In this document: piece by piece, positions 1 through 12,731 of the stretch | How the letters are laid out: every line of letters begins with the position of its first letter | Numbering within the stretch: position 1 is the stretch's first letter | NCBI GenBank assembly: GCA_965221325.1 | Contig: OZ244880.1 | DNA length: 64,000 bases | Direction: 5' to 3' (one strand) | Source: Candidatus Foliamicus sp. | GTDB taxonomy: Bacteria > Pseudomonadota > Gammaproteobacteria > Steroidobacterales > Foliamicaceae | Translations under genes and position numbers: made by a program | The notes under the pieces: model-generated | The model's input: the letters and a program-made list of their open reading frames with translations, nothing else | Databases searched by the model: none | Told to the model about the DNA's origin: nothing

Positions 1-189
1 CAGGAAAACGGCGGCATGCATCCAGGTGATGGTCTCCTGCAGCCATATCCAGCCCAGGCTGAACCCGTAGCGCAGCACCGCCACCAGGCAGGTGATCAAG
101 GCCATCAGGAAAGTCAGCCACGCTACGGCCTCCCCCACCCGTACGATCAGGCGTTCGGTTGCCGCGGCCAGTTTGAGCAGGCGATTCAT
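1..189 (-). CDS. TRAP-type transporter small permease (DctQ-like), N-terminal 63 codons; gene runs off the left edge
   Basis: Not in the ORF track because it is truncated. Reverse-strand ATG at 187-189 opens MNRLLKLAAATERLIVRVGEAVAWLTFLMALITCLVAVLRYGFSLGWIWLQETITWMHAAVFL, with no stop down to position 1. The TM helix followed by RY and W..E..W resembles DctQ-type subunits. Confidence 0.45.
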   Translation of the reverse strand, partial: MNRLLKLAAATERLIVRVGEAVAWLTFLMALITCLVAVLRYGFSLGWIWLQETITWMHAAVFL

Positions 190-199
190 GCTGGTAGTG

Positions 200-1651
200 T
201 CAGGGGCGCCAGAAAGTCGGCGACAGCAGCACCAGGAAGGTGAAGATTTCCAGGCGTCCCAGCAGCATGGCCACGATGCAGGCCCATTTCGCTGCGGGAG
301 CGAGCCCTCCATAGCCCGAAGCCACCTCACCCAGACCGGGCCCGAGGTTATTGAGAGTGGCGGCCACTGCGGCAAAGGCCGTCAGCGAATCCAGCCCAAT
401 GCCCTCCAGCACGATCAGGATCACGACGAATACAGCGACATACACGGCGAAGAACCCCCAAACCGAATCGATGACCCGTTTCGGCAGCGGCGTGTCGCCC
501 AGGGTTACCGGTATTTCGGCGCTCGGATGCACGAGGCGGCGCACCTCGCGCACACCCTGCTTGACCAGCAACATGATTCGCACACACTTCATGCCGCCGG
601 CCGTGGAGCCCGCGCAGCCGCCCATGAAGGCCGACAGAATCAACAGCATCGGAAGCAGTCCGGGCCACATCGAGAAATCGGCTGTAACGAAGCCGGTGGT
701 CGTCATGATCGACACCGACTGGAATATTCCGTCGAGCAGTGCCCGGGAAGGATCGCCGTAACTGCCCCAGAGGAGCAGCCCCCCGGTCACCAGAACGCAG
801 AGCGCAACCAGAGATATGGCGTAGGCTCGGCACTCGGCGTCCCTGAAGTAGCCGGCCAGAGTGCGGCGATTGAAAGCCACGAAGTGCAGCGCGAAATTGA
901 TTGCGGCCAGAAACATGAACACGATCGCAATCAGTCGGATAGCGGGTTGCGGGAAGAAGCCGAAACTTTCGTCGTGGGTCGAAAAGCCCCCTATGGCGAC
1001 GGTCGTGAACGCATGGCATATGGCGTCGAACAGGCTCATTCCTGCCAGACGGTAGGCAACCGCGCAGGCGGCGGTTAGCGCCAGGTAGATATACCAGAGC
1101 GCCTTGGCGGTTTCCTTGATGCGCGGAGTGAGGCGGTTGTCCTTCATCGGCCCCGGCGTTTCGGCGCGGTAGAGCTGCATGCCGCCCACGCCCAGAATGG
1201 GCAGCACGGCCACGGCCAGCACCACGATTCCCAAACCGCCCAGCCACTGCAGTTGCTGGCGGTAGTAGAGGATGGCCCGCGGCATCTCGTCGAGCCCCGC
1301 AAGCACCGTGGCGCCCGTGGTGGTGAGGCCGGAAATGGCTTCGAACAGGGCGTCGGTAAAGGCCATTTCCGGCTCTTGCGCAAACAGCAGCGGCACCGCG
1401 CCGAAACTGCCCAGCACCACCCAGAAGGACGCCACGATCAGAAATCCGTCGCGCAGCTTGAGCTCGCCCTGCACGCGGCGAAACGGCAGCCAGATCAAGC
1501 ATCCCGCGGCCAGCGCTGCGGCAAAACTCCAGGCGAAAGCGGGCCAACTGCCGTCGCCGAAATACAGGTCCACAGGCACCGGCGTCAACATGCTCACGCT
1601 GAACAACATCAGCAGGCGGCCCAGCACGCTGGCGATCAGCGCGAACTGCAT
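200..1651 (-). CDS. trkH: Trk-type K+ uptake permease TrkH
   Basis: 483-aa polytopic membrane ORF with four pore-loop-like motifs (GLTTTGATV, VAIGGFSTH, IMTTTGFV, LNNLGPGLG). Lies directly downstream of trkA. Confidence 0.9.
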   Translation of the reverse strand: MQFALIASVLGRLLMLFSVSMLTPVPVDLYFGDGSWPAFAWSFAAALAAGCLIWLPFRRVQGELKLRDGFLIVASFWVVLGSFGAVPLLFAQEPEMAFTDALFEAISGLTTTGATVLAGLDEMPRAILYYRQQLQWLGGLGIVVLAVAVLPILGVGGMQLYRAETPGPMKDNRLTPRIKETAKALWYIYLALTAACAVAYRLAGMSLFDAICHAFTTVAIGGFSTHDESFGFFPQPAIRLIAIVFMFLAAINFALHFVAFNRRTLAGYFRDAECRAYAISLVALCVLVTGGLLLWGSYGDPSRALLDGIFQSVSIMTTTGFVTADFSMWPGLLPMLLILSAFMGGCAGSTAGGMKCVRIMLLVKQGVREVRRLVHPSAEIPVTLGDTPLPKRVIDSVWGFFAVYVAVFVVILIVLEGIGLDSLTAFAAVAATLNNLGPGLGEVASGYGGLAPAAKWACIVAMLLGRLEIFTFLVLLSPTFWRP

Positions 1652-1670
1652 GGTCGGATATCCGCTGTGT

Positions 1671-3053
1671 TCAGGCGCCGGTCTCGAACAGTTGTTCGAC
1701 CTGCGCCTTGGCGCGTGGGTTGGTCATGAAAAGGATGACGTGGTCTTTGTCGCAGACCGTGGTCTCGCGGGTGAGCGGCAACAATTCTCCTGAGCGCACG
1801 ATGGCGCTCACCGAGGCGCCGTGGGGAAGCTTGATTTCTCCCACCGCGCGTCCCACCAGCGTTCCGTTGCCGGCGTTCCCGTGGGCCACTCCCTCAATGG
1901 CCTCGGCGCGTCCAAAGCGCAGCGAGTGCACCTTGGCCACATCGCCGTGGCGCATGTGACGCAGCAATTCGCTGATAGTGATCTGGTCGGGCGAAATCGG
2001 CACATCGATCCCCATCTGGCCGGCCAGCGAAGCGTAGGCGGGCCGCTTTGCCAGAGCCATCACGCGTTTGCAGCCGGCGCGCTTTGCCAGACCTGCGGCA
2101 AGCAGATTGGCTTCGTCGGCCTCGGTCAAGGCTACGAAAGCATCCATGCGTTCGATGTTTTCCTCGATCAGGAGCTCCTCGTGGGTCGCATCGCCCTGCA
2201 GCACGATCACGCGGCCGAGCCGTTCCGCCACCCGCTGCGCGCGCTCCGGCGAGCGCTCGATGAGTTTGACCTGCAATCGATTCTGCAGCCGCTCGGCCAC
2301 CTTCCGCCCGATGTTCCCGCCGCCTGCGATCATGACGTTGCGCACTTCCTGCTGTTCCGGGCGCAGCGCGCCCAGCGCGTCGCGCACGTGATCGGGGCCG
2401 GCAATGAAGAACACCTCGTCTCCATCGCGGATGGGCGTGTCGCTACGCACGGTTTGCGGGCGGCCGTCCCGGTAAACCGCGGCGATCCTTGCTTGCACGT
2501 TGTTTTCGCCCAGCGCCGCAGGCGTCTTGTCCACCAACCACGAGCCCTCCCGCGCGCGGGCGCCAAGCAGGAGCGCGCCGCCATCGGAGAACTCCATGAC
2601 CTGGGATGCGCCCGGGTAGCGGATGACCTGTTCAACATGACGCGTAATCAGATCTTCCGGCGCGATTACCACGTCCACCGGCAGCCCCTCGGGACCGAAC
2701 AGAGCGTGGACGCTCTTGTATTGGGTATAACTCAAGCGCGCGATCTTGGTGCGCGCGCGGGCGCCGGGCTCGTACTCGCGATAGCGCGAATGCACCACTT
2801 GGCAGGCCACCATGTTGACTTCGTCGTTGCCGGTGAGAGCGGCGATCAGGTCGGCGTCGCCGGCTCCGGCGTGGTCGAGCACCCCGGGATGCGATGCGTG
2901 TCCGGCCACGGTGCGTACATCCATCCGCTCATGGATGTTGCGCAGGATGCCAGCGTCGAGGTCCACCACGGTGATCTCGTTTTCCGGCTCGCGGGAAAGA
3001 CGCTCGGCCATCGTGGAACCCACCACGCCGGCCCCGAGAATCAGTATCTTCAT
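1671..3053 (-). CDS. trkA: Trk system NAD-binding subunit TrkA
   Basis: Two tandem Rossmann units: MKILILGAGVVGSTMAERL and VMIAGGGNIGRKVAERL. Length of 460 aa is typical for TrkA. Confidence 0.9.
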   Translation of the reverse strand: MKILILGAGVVGSTMAERLSREPENEITVVDLDAGILRNIHERMDVRTVAGHASHPGVLDHAGAGDADLIAALTGNDEVNMVACQVVHSRYREYEPGARARTKIARLSYTQYKSVHALFGPEGLPVDVVIAPEDLITRHVEQVIRYPGASQVMEFSDGGALLLGARAREGSWLVDKTPAALGENNVQARIAAVYRDGRPQTVRSDTPIRDGDEVFFIAGPDHVRDALGALRPEQQEVRNVMIAGGGNIGRKVAERLQNRLQVKLIERSPERAQRVAERLGRVIVLQGDATHEELLIEENIERMDAFVALTEADEANLLAAGLAKRAGCKRVMALAKRPAYASLAGQMGIDVPISPDQITISELLRHMRHGDVAKVHSLRFGRAEAIEGVAHGNAGNGTLVGRAVGEIKLPHGASVSAIVRSGELLPLTRETTVCDKDHVILFMTNPRAKAQVEQLFETGA

Positions 3054-3087
3054 TGTTTCAAGCGCCGCGCCCCGACACAGCGTCGCA

Positions 3088-5241
3088 CTATATCAACTCC
3101 AGGCGCGCATAGGCCACAACCAGCCACTTGGACCCATGGCGCTCGAAGTTGACCTGTACCCGGGCGTGCTCGCCCGAGCCTTCCCGATTGAGCACTACGC
3201 CCTCGCCGAACTTCGGGTGCGAAACCCGCTGACCGAGACCCGGCCCGGGGCCCGAATCCGTCTGCACGTCCGCGTCTGCCGAACCGCCCATGCGCACCGG
3301 CAGCGAAACGCTCGGTGCGGGGCGCACTTCTTCCAGCAGTTCCGCCGGGATTTCCGCGAGAAACCGCGATGGACGATTGCGGCGTTCCTGCCCGCGCAGC
3401 CGGCGCACCTCCGCGTAGCTCAAATTCAGCTCCTTCATGGCGCGCGTAATCCCCACGTAGCAGAGTCGGCGCTCCTCCTCCAGTTCCTCTTCGCTCTGCA
3501 TGGAACGGCTGTGGGGAAACAAGCCTTCCTCCATGCCGGTTAGAAAAACCACCGGGAATTCCAGGCCCTTGGCCGCGTGCATGGTCATAAGCTGCACTGC
3601 GTCTTCGTCTGCGCCGCTCTGATCGTCGCCGCTTTCGAGCGCGGCGTGGGCCAGAAAGGCGTTAAGCGGCGACTCCGGCTGGTCTTCCATGGCTTCTTCG
3701 ATCATTTGCGCCGCGTTGACCAGTTCGTCCAGGTTCTCGACCCGAATGCGGTCGGCTTCGCTGCCCGAAGCCGCCAGCCGCTCCACCAATCCGCTGCCCC
3801 GCACTACGCGGCTGACCTGTGCCTGCAGCTCAAGGCCGGCCACGTCCCCGGCCAGCGATTCAATGAGTGCGGTAAAGCCCTGGAGTGCTCCTGCCGCTCG
3901 TGCGTCGAGAAAGGTCTCCGACTTTTCCGCCGCTTCCCACAAGGTCAGGCCGTGGCGTCTGGCGTACGTGCGGACGTTGTTCAGGGTGGCCCCACCGATG
4001 CGTCGCGGCGGGTTGTTCACCACGCGCTCGAACGAAGGGTCGTCGCCGCGGTTGGCCACCAGCCGCAGATAGGCCAGGGCATCCTTGATCTCGGCCCGTT
4101 CGAAGAACCGCAGGCCGCCATAGACGCGGTAGGGCAAACCCGCTCCGACGAGCGCTTCCTCGAACACCCGCGACTGCGCGTTCGAGCGGTAGAGCACGGC
4201 GAGTTCGTTCAGGCGACCGCCGTGCTGCCGCGCCCGCGACGCCACCTGCTGCGCTTCATCCCACTCGTTGTAGGCGGCGAAAAGGCGCACCGGGCGCCCC
4301 TCGCCGCCGCGCGTCCACAGTTTCTTGCTGAACCGCGATGCGTTATGCGCGATGACCGCGTTGGCCGCCTTCAGTATGGTTCCCGTGGAGCGGTAATTGC
4401 GCTCCAGGCGCACGATGCGCACATCCGTGAAATCCCGCGTGTAGCGACGGATGTTCTCCACCTGCGCGCCGCGCCAGCGGTAGATGGACTGGTCGTCGTC
4501 GCCCACCGCGAAGGGCGTGCCGGTGGTTCCGCACAACTGCCTCAGCCAGTCGTACTGCACCCCGTTGGTGTCCTGAAACTCGTCCACCAGCAGCCAGCGA
4601 AAGCGCTCCCGGTAGCGGTCGAGCAAAGCCGGATGATCCTGCATGAGTTCCGCCGAGCGCAGCAGCAATTCGCCGAAATCCACCAGCCCGTAGGATTCGC
4701 AGCGCTGCTGGTAGAGCGTGTAGAGCTGCCGCTTTTCCTCGCCGTATGTGGTGGCGCTTGCCGGGGCCTGCTCCGGGCGCAGCCCCGCCTCCTTGGCGCC
4801 CGAGATGAAATACTGCAGGGTTTGCGGGGGGATCAGGCGTTCATCCACACGCTCATCCTTCATCACGCGCTTGATCAGCCGCTGTTGGTCGGCCGAGTCC
4901 AGGATCTGAAAATCCTCGCGCAGTCCTGCTTCATGCCAATGGCGGCGCAGCAGTCGGTGCGCCAACCCGTGAAAGGTGCCGATCCACAGCCGCCGCGTAG
5001 GCGTTTGCAACAGCGCTTCAATGCGCGTGCGCATCTCGTTGGCCGCCTTGTTGGTAAAGGTTACGGCGAAGAGGTTCCAGGGCGACGCCCCGTGTGCGCT
5101 GACCAGCCAGGCGGCGCGATGCACGAGCACCCGTGTCTTGCCGCTGCCGGCGCCGGCCAGGACCAGCACGGCCTGGTTGCCCGCCGTTACCGCCTCGCGC
5201 TGCGCCGTGTTCAGCGGCTCAAGAATGCGGGCGGCATCCAT
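3088..5241 (-). CDS. uvrD: DNA helicase II (UvrD/Rep/PcrA superfamily 1)
   Basis: Walker A VLAGAGSGKTRVLVHR, motif II LLVDEFQDTN, motif V/VI TMHAAKGLEFPVVFL. C-terminal GQRVSHPKFGEGVVL tail and 717-aa length fit UvrD. Confidence 0.85.
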   Translation of the reverse strand: MDAARILEPLNTAQREAVTAGNQAVLVLAGAGSGKTRVLVHRAAWLVSAHGASPWNLFAVTFTNKAANEMRTRIEALLQTPTRRLWIGTFHGLAHRLLRRHWHEAGLREDFQILDSADQQRLIKRVMKDERVDERLIPPQTLQYFISGAKEAGLRPEQAPASATTYGEEKRQLYTLYQQRCESYGLVDFGELLLRSAELMQDHPALLDRYRERFRWLLVDEFQDTNGVQYDWLRQLCGTTGTPFAVGDDDQSIYRWRGAQVENIRRYTRDFTDVRIVRLERNYRSTGTILKAANAVIAHNASRFSKKLWTRGGEGRPVRLFAAYNEWDEAQQVASRARQHGGRLNELAVLYRSNAQSRVFEEALVGAGLPYRVYGGLRFFERAEIKDALAYLRLVANRGDDPSFERVVNNPPRRIGGATLNNVRTYARRHGLTLWEAAEKSETFLDARAAGALQGFTALIESLAGDVAGLELQAQVSRVVRGSGLVERLAASGSEADRIRVENLDELVNAAQMIEEAMEDQPESPLNAFLAHAALESGDDQSGADEDAVQLMTMHAAKGLEFPVVFLTGMEEGLFPHSRSMQSEEELEEERRLCYVGITRAMKELNLSYAEVRRLRGQERRNRPSRFLAEIPAELLEEVRPAPSVSLPVRMGGSADADVQTDSGPGPGLGQRVSHPKFGEGVVLNREGSGEHARVQVNFERHGSKWLVVAYARLELI

Positions 5242-5272
5242 GCGTCGCTGCTCTTGGCGCCTGCAGGATGTG

Positions 5273-5848
5273 CTAACCGATCTTGGAAAGTTTGAGCAGA
5301 TGCCTGGCGTCGCGGAACAGGCCGTCGGCTTCGATATCAGGCGGATAGCTGAGGACCAGGTTGCCCATGGGGTCCACCAGCAACAGCTCTCCCGGCTGGC
5401 GTGCGCCGGCCTTTTCCACCAGCTCGAAACGCCCGGGTGCGTCCGGCCGCACTACGGCCATGCCGGGGAAGGCTTGCGCCAAACTCTCGCCCCTCTCCTC
5501 GGCGTCCAGCGGCACGAACACGCGCTGGAATCGGCTGGCGTCCTTGCCCAGCGCCAGCCGCACCTGGCGCATCCGCAACAGCGTTTCCTGGCAGGCCTGC
5601 TCGCAAGCGCCCTTGTGCATGTAGAGCAACGACCAGCGCCCCGTGAGCTGCCCCTCCACGCCGGCGTCGCCCCCGGTGGGCAGTTCCATTTCTCCCAGTG
5701 CAAGGGGTGGTTCGGCCAGAACGCCGCTCGCTTCGGGAACCTGGCTGGTGCCGGCCTCCCCGAAGAACATGAACCACGCCACTATGACCGGAGCCACGAA
5801 CAGCGCCGCGATCGCCGCGATCTGCGCCTTCTTGAAGTTAATTTTCAT
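5273..5848 (-). CDS. SCO/SenC-like thioredoxin-fold membrane protein (CxxxC)
   Basis: Preferred start MKINFKK (ATG 5846-5848) overlaps the SURF1 stop. One N-terminal TM helix; GRWSLLYMHKGACEQACQETL carries a CxxxC like SCO copper chaperones. Occupies the post-SURF1 position seen in aa3-oxidase assembly clusters. Confidence 0.5.
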   Translation of the reverse strand: MKINFKKAQIAAIAALFVAPVIVAWFMFFGEAGTSQVPEASGVLAEPPLALGEMELPTGGDAGVEGQLTGRWSLLYMHKGACEQACQETLLRMRQVRLALGKDASRFQRVFVPLDAEERGESLAQAFPGMAVVRPDAPGRFELVEKAGARQPGELLLVDPMGNLVLSYPPDIEADGLFRDARHLLKLSKIG

Positions 5849-6560
5849 TGCCCGCTCTCCTGCGCTTGATCGCAATTGCCAACCATATGCCGACCGCTGC
5901 CGCCGCCAGTCCGTACCATTGCACGGCATAGGCGAGATGGCGTTCGGGCAACATGCCGTAGGGCTGCCAAGCGCGCACATAGCCATCCGCGGCGCCACTG
6001 TCCAGCAGTATCTGGTATTCGGGGAGCCGGGTGTCGATAAGGGCGCGCAATTGTTCGCTGGTGGGATAGGTCATGCGGCGCGGCCAGGAAGCATCCCGGC
6101 TCTCCGCCTGCAGCTCAAGACCGGCACGGAAATACGGCGCCGCCAGCCCGATCACCTGCCGCTCGCCGCCGTCAACCGACAGATCGGGCAGTTGCGAGCG
6201 GTCCATGCCGGCGGGCACGAAGCCGCGGTTTATCAGCACCACGCCGCTGTTCATGTACAGCGGCGTCAGCACGTGATAGCCGCGCGCTCCCTCGTGGGTC
6301 ATGTTGTCCATCAGTATCTGCCGCCCGCCGGCGTAACGACCGGAGAGTTTCACGCGCAGGTAATCACCTGGCGCGGAAACTTCGGCAAGCCCTTCAGCGG
6401 GCGCCGCCGCCTGGGCTTGTTCAAAGGCCTGGAGCTCCGCTTGCCGCTCGCCCGAACGATTGAGCTGCCAGGTTCCCAACCACCCGAACGCGGCCACGCC
6501 CAGCAGCATAAGCAGCAGGTTGCGGAGGCCGGCTCCCATTGTTGCGGGCAGGGGTATCAT
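5838..6560 (-). CDS. SURF1-family cytochrome oxidase assembly protein
   Basis: N-terminal TM plus GWLGTWQLNRSGERQAEL, and C-terminal HLAYAVQWYGLAAAAVGIWL TM, match SURF1/Shy1 architecture. Start set at MIPLPATMGAG (the longer ORF reaches 6653). Confidence 0.8.
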   Translation of the reverse strand: MIPLPATMGAGLRNLLLMLLGVAAFGWLGTWQLNRSGERQAELQAFEQAQAAAPAEGLAEVSAPGDYLRVKLSGRYAGGRQILMDNMTHEGARGYHVLTPLYMNSGVVLINRGFVPAGMDRSQLPDLSVDGGERQVIGLAAPYFRAGLELQAESRDASWPRRMTYPTSEQLRALIDTRLPEYQILLDSGAADGYVRAWQPYGMLPERHLAYAVQWYGLAAAAVGIWLAIAIKRRRAGNEN

Positions 6561-6575
6561 GCAGTCAGACGGTGG

Positions 6576-6794
6576 TTGGAAGAGTTGATTCGCGCGCTTA
6601 TCGTTGTGTTGCTGCTGGCTATTATCGCCAGCTTGGGGTCGGGTTTGTACCACATGGTGGCGGCCAAGGGTGATCCGGCCCGCATGGTACGCTCGCTGGC
6701 CTTGCGCGTGGCGCTGTCGGTTGCGCTATTCGCCCTGATCATCGTGTTCTGGATGCTGGGCCTGATCGAGCCCCACGGCATCCTGCCGCGCTAG
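6576..6794 (+). CDS. Small twin-transmembrane protein (DUF2909-like), divergent from SURF1
   Basis: Tail of ORF 5643..6794 encodes two hydrophobic helices (LIRALIVVLLLAIIASLGSGLY and LALRVALSVALFALIIVFWMLGLI). A small protein like this sits beside SURF1 in oxidase clusters. Start uncertain: TTG 6576, TTG 6585 or ATG 6654. Confidence 0.5.
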   Translation: MEELIRALIVVLLLAIIASLGSGLYHMVAAKGDPARMVRSLALRVALSVALFALIIVFWMLGLIEPHGILPR

Positions 6795-6819
6795 GCTGGG
6801 CCCGCCGCCCGCGGGCGCA

Positions 6820-8319
<1,500 letters not shown>

Positions 8320-8343
8320 TGCCGTCCCTGGCTCTGGTGGGCT

Positions 8344-8586
8344 TCAGTCGCGCTTTTCTTCGAGTTCGGCGAGCGTTCGTTCCAGTGCTTCGGCCTTCTC
8401 CCGGGTTCGTTCGAGCACGCGCTTTTGCGCCTCGAATTCTTCGAAGGTCACGTAATCCCCCTTTCCCAGCGCTGCCTGCAGCATCGCGCGAAAGTTTGTT
8501 TCCAGGTCGCCGGCGGCGCCCTGGAGCGTGTCCGGGACGAGCTTGCGCAGCCGTTTCGCCAAGTCGGATATGAATTCTTCATTCAT
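8344..8586 (-). CDS. ubiK: UbiK/YqiC-family coiled-coil accessory factor
   Basis: About 80-aa coiled-coil protein: MNEEFISDLAKRLRKLVP ... EFEAQKRVLERTREKAEALERTLAELE. Internal ATG at 8584-8586 preferred over the ORF start at 8616. Confidence 0.65.
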   Translation of the reverse strand: MNEEFISDLAKRLRKLVPDTLQGAAGDLETNFRAMLQAALGKGDYVTFEEFEAQKRVLERTREKAEALERTLAELEEKRD

Positions 8587-8705
8587 GTGCAGCAAGGTTG
8601 CGGTATTTGGCGCCACTTTGTCCAGAGCGCAATTGTGCGCTTAGTGCGCATTTTGCGTCGCATTGAGCCTTCAGTTGATAGACTACCCCGGATATCGGAG
8701 GACCT

Positions 8706-9821
8706 ATGGCGGAACCGAAGAATAATGCGGCCGGCAAGAAGCCCCGCACCCGAAAGCGCGCGGCCGAAAAGGCCGCTGCGCCGAGCGAGACGCCGCCGGA
8801 GATCGTGGCGCCGGCGGCCGAGAAACGGGCCGGCCGCAAGCGCTTGTGGTGGCTGTGGCTGATTCCCCTGGCGCTGCTGGCGGGAGGCGCCTGGCTGGGT
8901 TACCAGTACCTGGCGGAGGTTCCCGAGCGTATCGGACAATTGGAAGCGCGCGTTGCCGAACTCGCGGAGCTTGAACGCGAACTTGAGGAAATAAGGCGAA
9001 AGCGCACCGAGGACGCCGCGCTGCTGAATGCTGACGCTCAGGAAGCAAGGCTGGCGGTGGCGCGGGTTCGGGAAGCGCTGGAAGTTCGCCTGTCCGCTCT
9101 GGAGCGCGGGCTGGAGACGATTGGCGGACCGCCCGCGGCACAACAGACCGTTTGGAAGCTGGATGCCGCCGACGGTCTGCTGGCGCTGGCCGACCGTCAG
9201 AACAGGTTTGCCAGAGACTACGCGGGAGCGGCGTTGGCGCTGCGCGAGGCTTTGATACTCCTGGAAGAGTTGGGCGATCCGCGCTACGGCGCCCTGCGCG
9301 CGGAACTGGAAGAGCAGGCGCGGGCCCTGGAGCGGCTTCCGGACCGCGATATCGAGGGCGTGGTGGTGCGCATCAGCGCGCTGATCTCGCGTATCGAGAG
9401 GCTTGCTCCGGCCACTCGTCCCGACTCTCCCGCAACCGCCGCGGAGGCGGAGTTGCCGCCGCAAGGTTGGGAGCGGGCCTTGGCCAGCATCCGGCGCGCT
9501 TTGCGATCGCTGATCACCGTGCGGCGCGCCGACAGCGGGTCCGGCGCCCTTCTCACCGACACCGATACGGAAACGTTGCGGCGCCTGCTTGCGGCCGAAT
9601 TGCACCTGGCTCGTCTGGCTTACATTCAAAACGATCTGCAAGCGTATTCCGCGGCCCTGGTCGCAGCCCGCGCTCGCGTCGCGCGCCTGTATGCAGCAAG
9701 CGACCCGGACGCCGCCGATACCGTGGCCGATATCGACCAACTGCTGCAACGGGGTCAGGCCCGCGAGACGCCGGATATCGCCGCTTCTCTGCGGCGCATG
9801 CGCGCCTTGCGCTCGGACTGA
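8706..9821 (+). CDS. hemX: HemX-like membrane protein (heme-cluster associated)
   Basis: GGAGG RBS before the ATG. Basic N-terminus, single TM (LWWLWLIPLALLAGGAWLGY), long Ala/Leu/Glu coiled coil. Immediately precedes hemY. Confidence 0.65.
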   Translation: MAEPKNNAAGKKPRTRKRAAEKAAAPSETPPEIVAPAAEKRAGRKRLWWLWLIPLALLAGGAWLGYQYLAEVPERIGQLEARVAELAELERELEEIRRKRTEDAALLNADAQEARLAVARVREALEVRLSALERGLETIGGPPAAQQTVWKLDAADGLLALADRQNRFARDYAGAALALREALILLEELGDPRYGALRAELEEQARALERLPDRDIEGVVVRISALISRIERLAPATRPDSPATAAEAELPPQGWERALASIRRALRSLITVRRADSGSGALLTDTDTETLRRLLAAELHLARLAYIQNDLQAYSAALVAARARVARLYAASDPDAADTVADIDQLLQRGQARETPDIAASLRRMRALRSD

Positions 9822-9822
9822 G

Positions 9823-10989
9823 ATGCGCGCGGGCCTGATTGTCATCGTGTTGCTGCTGGCGGTAGCAGTGGCGGCGCAATTGCTGGCTGCCGATCCCGGT
9901 TACGTGCTGCTGTTGTTTCAGGGTTGGGTGGTGGAAATGACCGTCCCGATTCTGCTGGTCCTGCTGGTGGCGCTGCTGGTAGTGGCCGGCCTTTTCCGGC
10001 GCATTCGTCAGGCGCCGAGGCTGGTCGCCGAGCGGGCCGCAAAGGCGGGCGCGCGGCGCACCGGGAAGCGCGTGGCGCGCGGGCTTGTGGAGCTGGCGGC
10101 CGGCCGGGTAAGTCGCGCCGAGCGTTTGCTGGCGCGCGCAGCAGGCAGGAGCCAGGCGCCGGTTTTGCAGTATCTAGCGGCGGCCCGTCTCGCTCACGCG
10201 GCGGGCGATGAGAAGAGATGCGAGCATTGGCTTGGCCTGGCGGAAAAGGCGCAGCCGGAGGCGCGCGACGCCATTTCGCTCGAGCGCGCGGAACTGCACT
10301 TGCGCGCGGGCGGGTTGGCGGCAGCGATGCGTTGCCTCAAGGATATTCTGGAGCGCGAACCACGCCATCTTCAGGCTCTGCGTCTGGCTATACCTCTCTA
10401 CATGCAGCGCGGTGAATGGGCTGAGGCCAGCCGCCGCTTGAAGGCCCTGCGCAAGCATGGCCAGCCGGCTGCCGAGGGTGCGGCGCGCTGGACGGTCGAG
10501 ACCTATACGGGCTTGCTTGGCGACGCCGAGGACGTTCGCAGCATCCGGCGCATCTGGGCAGAAGTGCCCAAGGAACTGCGCTCCGAGGAGGGACTGGTCC
10601 TTGCCCATGCGCGCGCATTGATGCGTCATGGCGCCCACGATCTGGCCGAGCAAGCGCTTCGGCGGCGCCTTGCGTCCACCTGGAGTTCGATGTTGGCCGC
10701 CGCCTACGGAGAGGTCGAACCGCGCGACATTGCAGCGGCTATCCGCCACGCGGAGACTTGGCTGGGGGAGCATCCGCAGGACGCCGGCCTGCTGCTTGCC
10801 TTGGGGCGTCTATGCCGCAAGGCGCAGCTTTGGGGCAAGGCGCGCTCCTACCTGGAGTCGGGGCTAAGCCTTGATGAATCGCGCCACGCCTGGCTGGAAC
10901 TGGCCGAAATGCTGGAAGAACTCAACGAGAAGGAGGCCGCCGACCAAGCCTTCCGCAAGGGGCTGAGAGCAGGCATTACCCGCGGCTAG
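9823..10989 (+). CDS. hemY: HemY-like TPR membrane protein
   Basis: ATG at 9823 lies 1 nt after the hemX stop. MRAGLIVIVLLLAVAVAAQ and a second TM are followed by TPR-like helical repeats (AARLAHAAGDEKRCEHWL...). Confidence 0.75.
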   Translation: MRAGLIVIVLLLAVAVAAQLLAADPGYVLLLFQGWVVEMTVPILLVLLVALLVVAGLFRRIRQAPRLVAERAAKAGARRTGKRVARGLVELAAGRVSRAERLLARAAGRSQAPVLQYLAAARLAHAAGDEKRCEHWLGLAEKAQPEARDAISLERAELHLRAGGLAAAMRCLKDILEREPRHLQALRLAIPLYMQRGEWAEASRRLKALRKHGQPAAEGAARWTVETYTGLLGDAEDVRSIRRIWAEVPKELRSEEGLVLAHARALMRHGAHDLAEQALRRRLASTWSSMLAAAYGEVEPRDIAAAIRHAETWLGEHPQDAGLLLALGRLCRKAQLWGKARSYLESGLSLDESRHAWLELAEMLEELNEKEAADQAFRKGLRAGITRG

Positions 10990-11121
10990 TCCGCATGGGT
11001 CACGGCGGTTGCGCGCGGTTCGCATCGGGCCCGCAAGTCGGAGTACAATTGCGGTTCAACGAACGGAACCCGGCCTAGCCGGCAGGAGCCACCCGATCCG
11101 ACTGCGGAAGGTGGCGTTTTT

Positions 11122-11526
11122 ATGTTTGAATCCATGCGAAAGTCGGTCATGCGGCTGGTGTTGATACAGGCGGCGGCGGGCGCCTTGGCGGGCGCCACGG
11201 CGGGCCTTATTTTCGGTTCGCGCGTGGCCGTGGCCACCCTGGTCGGCGCCGCGATAGGTCTGGGCGGAAGCCTGTTCATGGTTGCGGGACTGCTGCGGGT
11301 GCGCGCGGGAACCACGCCGGGTGGGATGCTTGCACGCCTGCTGCTGGGAGAGACCGCCAAGCTGGCAGTCACGGCTGCCGGGTTCGCCGTTTGCATCGCC
11401 GCATTCGACATGCACTTTCTCGGCTTGCTGGCCGGTTTCGTAGCGACCTTGCTGGGCTACTGGGCCGGCCTGCTGCCGGCGGTGCTGGGAGAGCCCGGCC
11501 AGCCCGCCGTTTCGGCCGGCTCATAG
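11122..11526 (+). CDS. atpI: F-type ATP synthase protein I
   Basis: 134-aa hydrophobic protein with four TM segments, located directly upstream of atpB. Confidence 0.75.
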   Translation: MFESMRKSVMRLVLIQAAAGALAGATAGLIFGSRVAVATLVGAAIGLGGSLFMVAGLLRVRAGTTPGGMLARLLLGETAKLAVTAAGFAVCIAAFDMHFLGLLAGFVATLLGYWAGLLPAVLGEPGQPAVSAGS

Positions 11527-12721
<1,195 letters not shown>

Positions 12722-12731
12722 GCGGCCGCAC

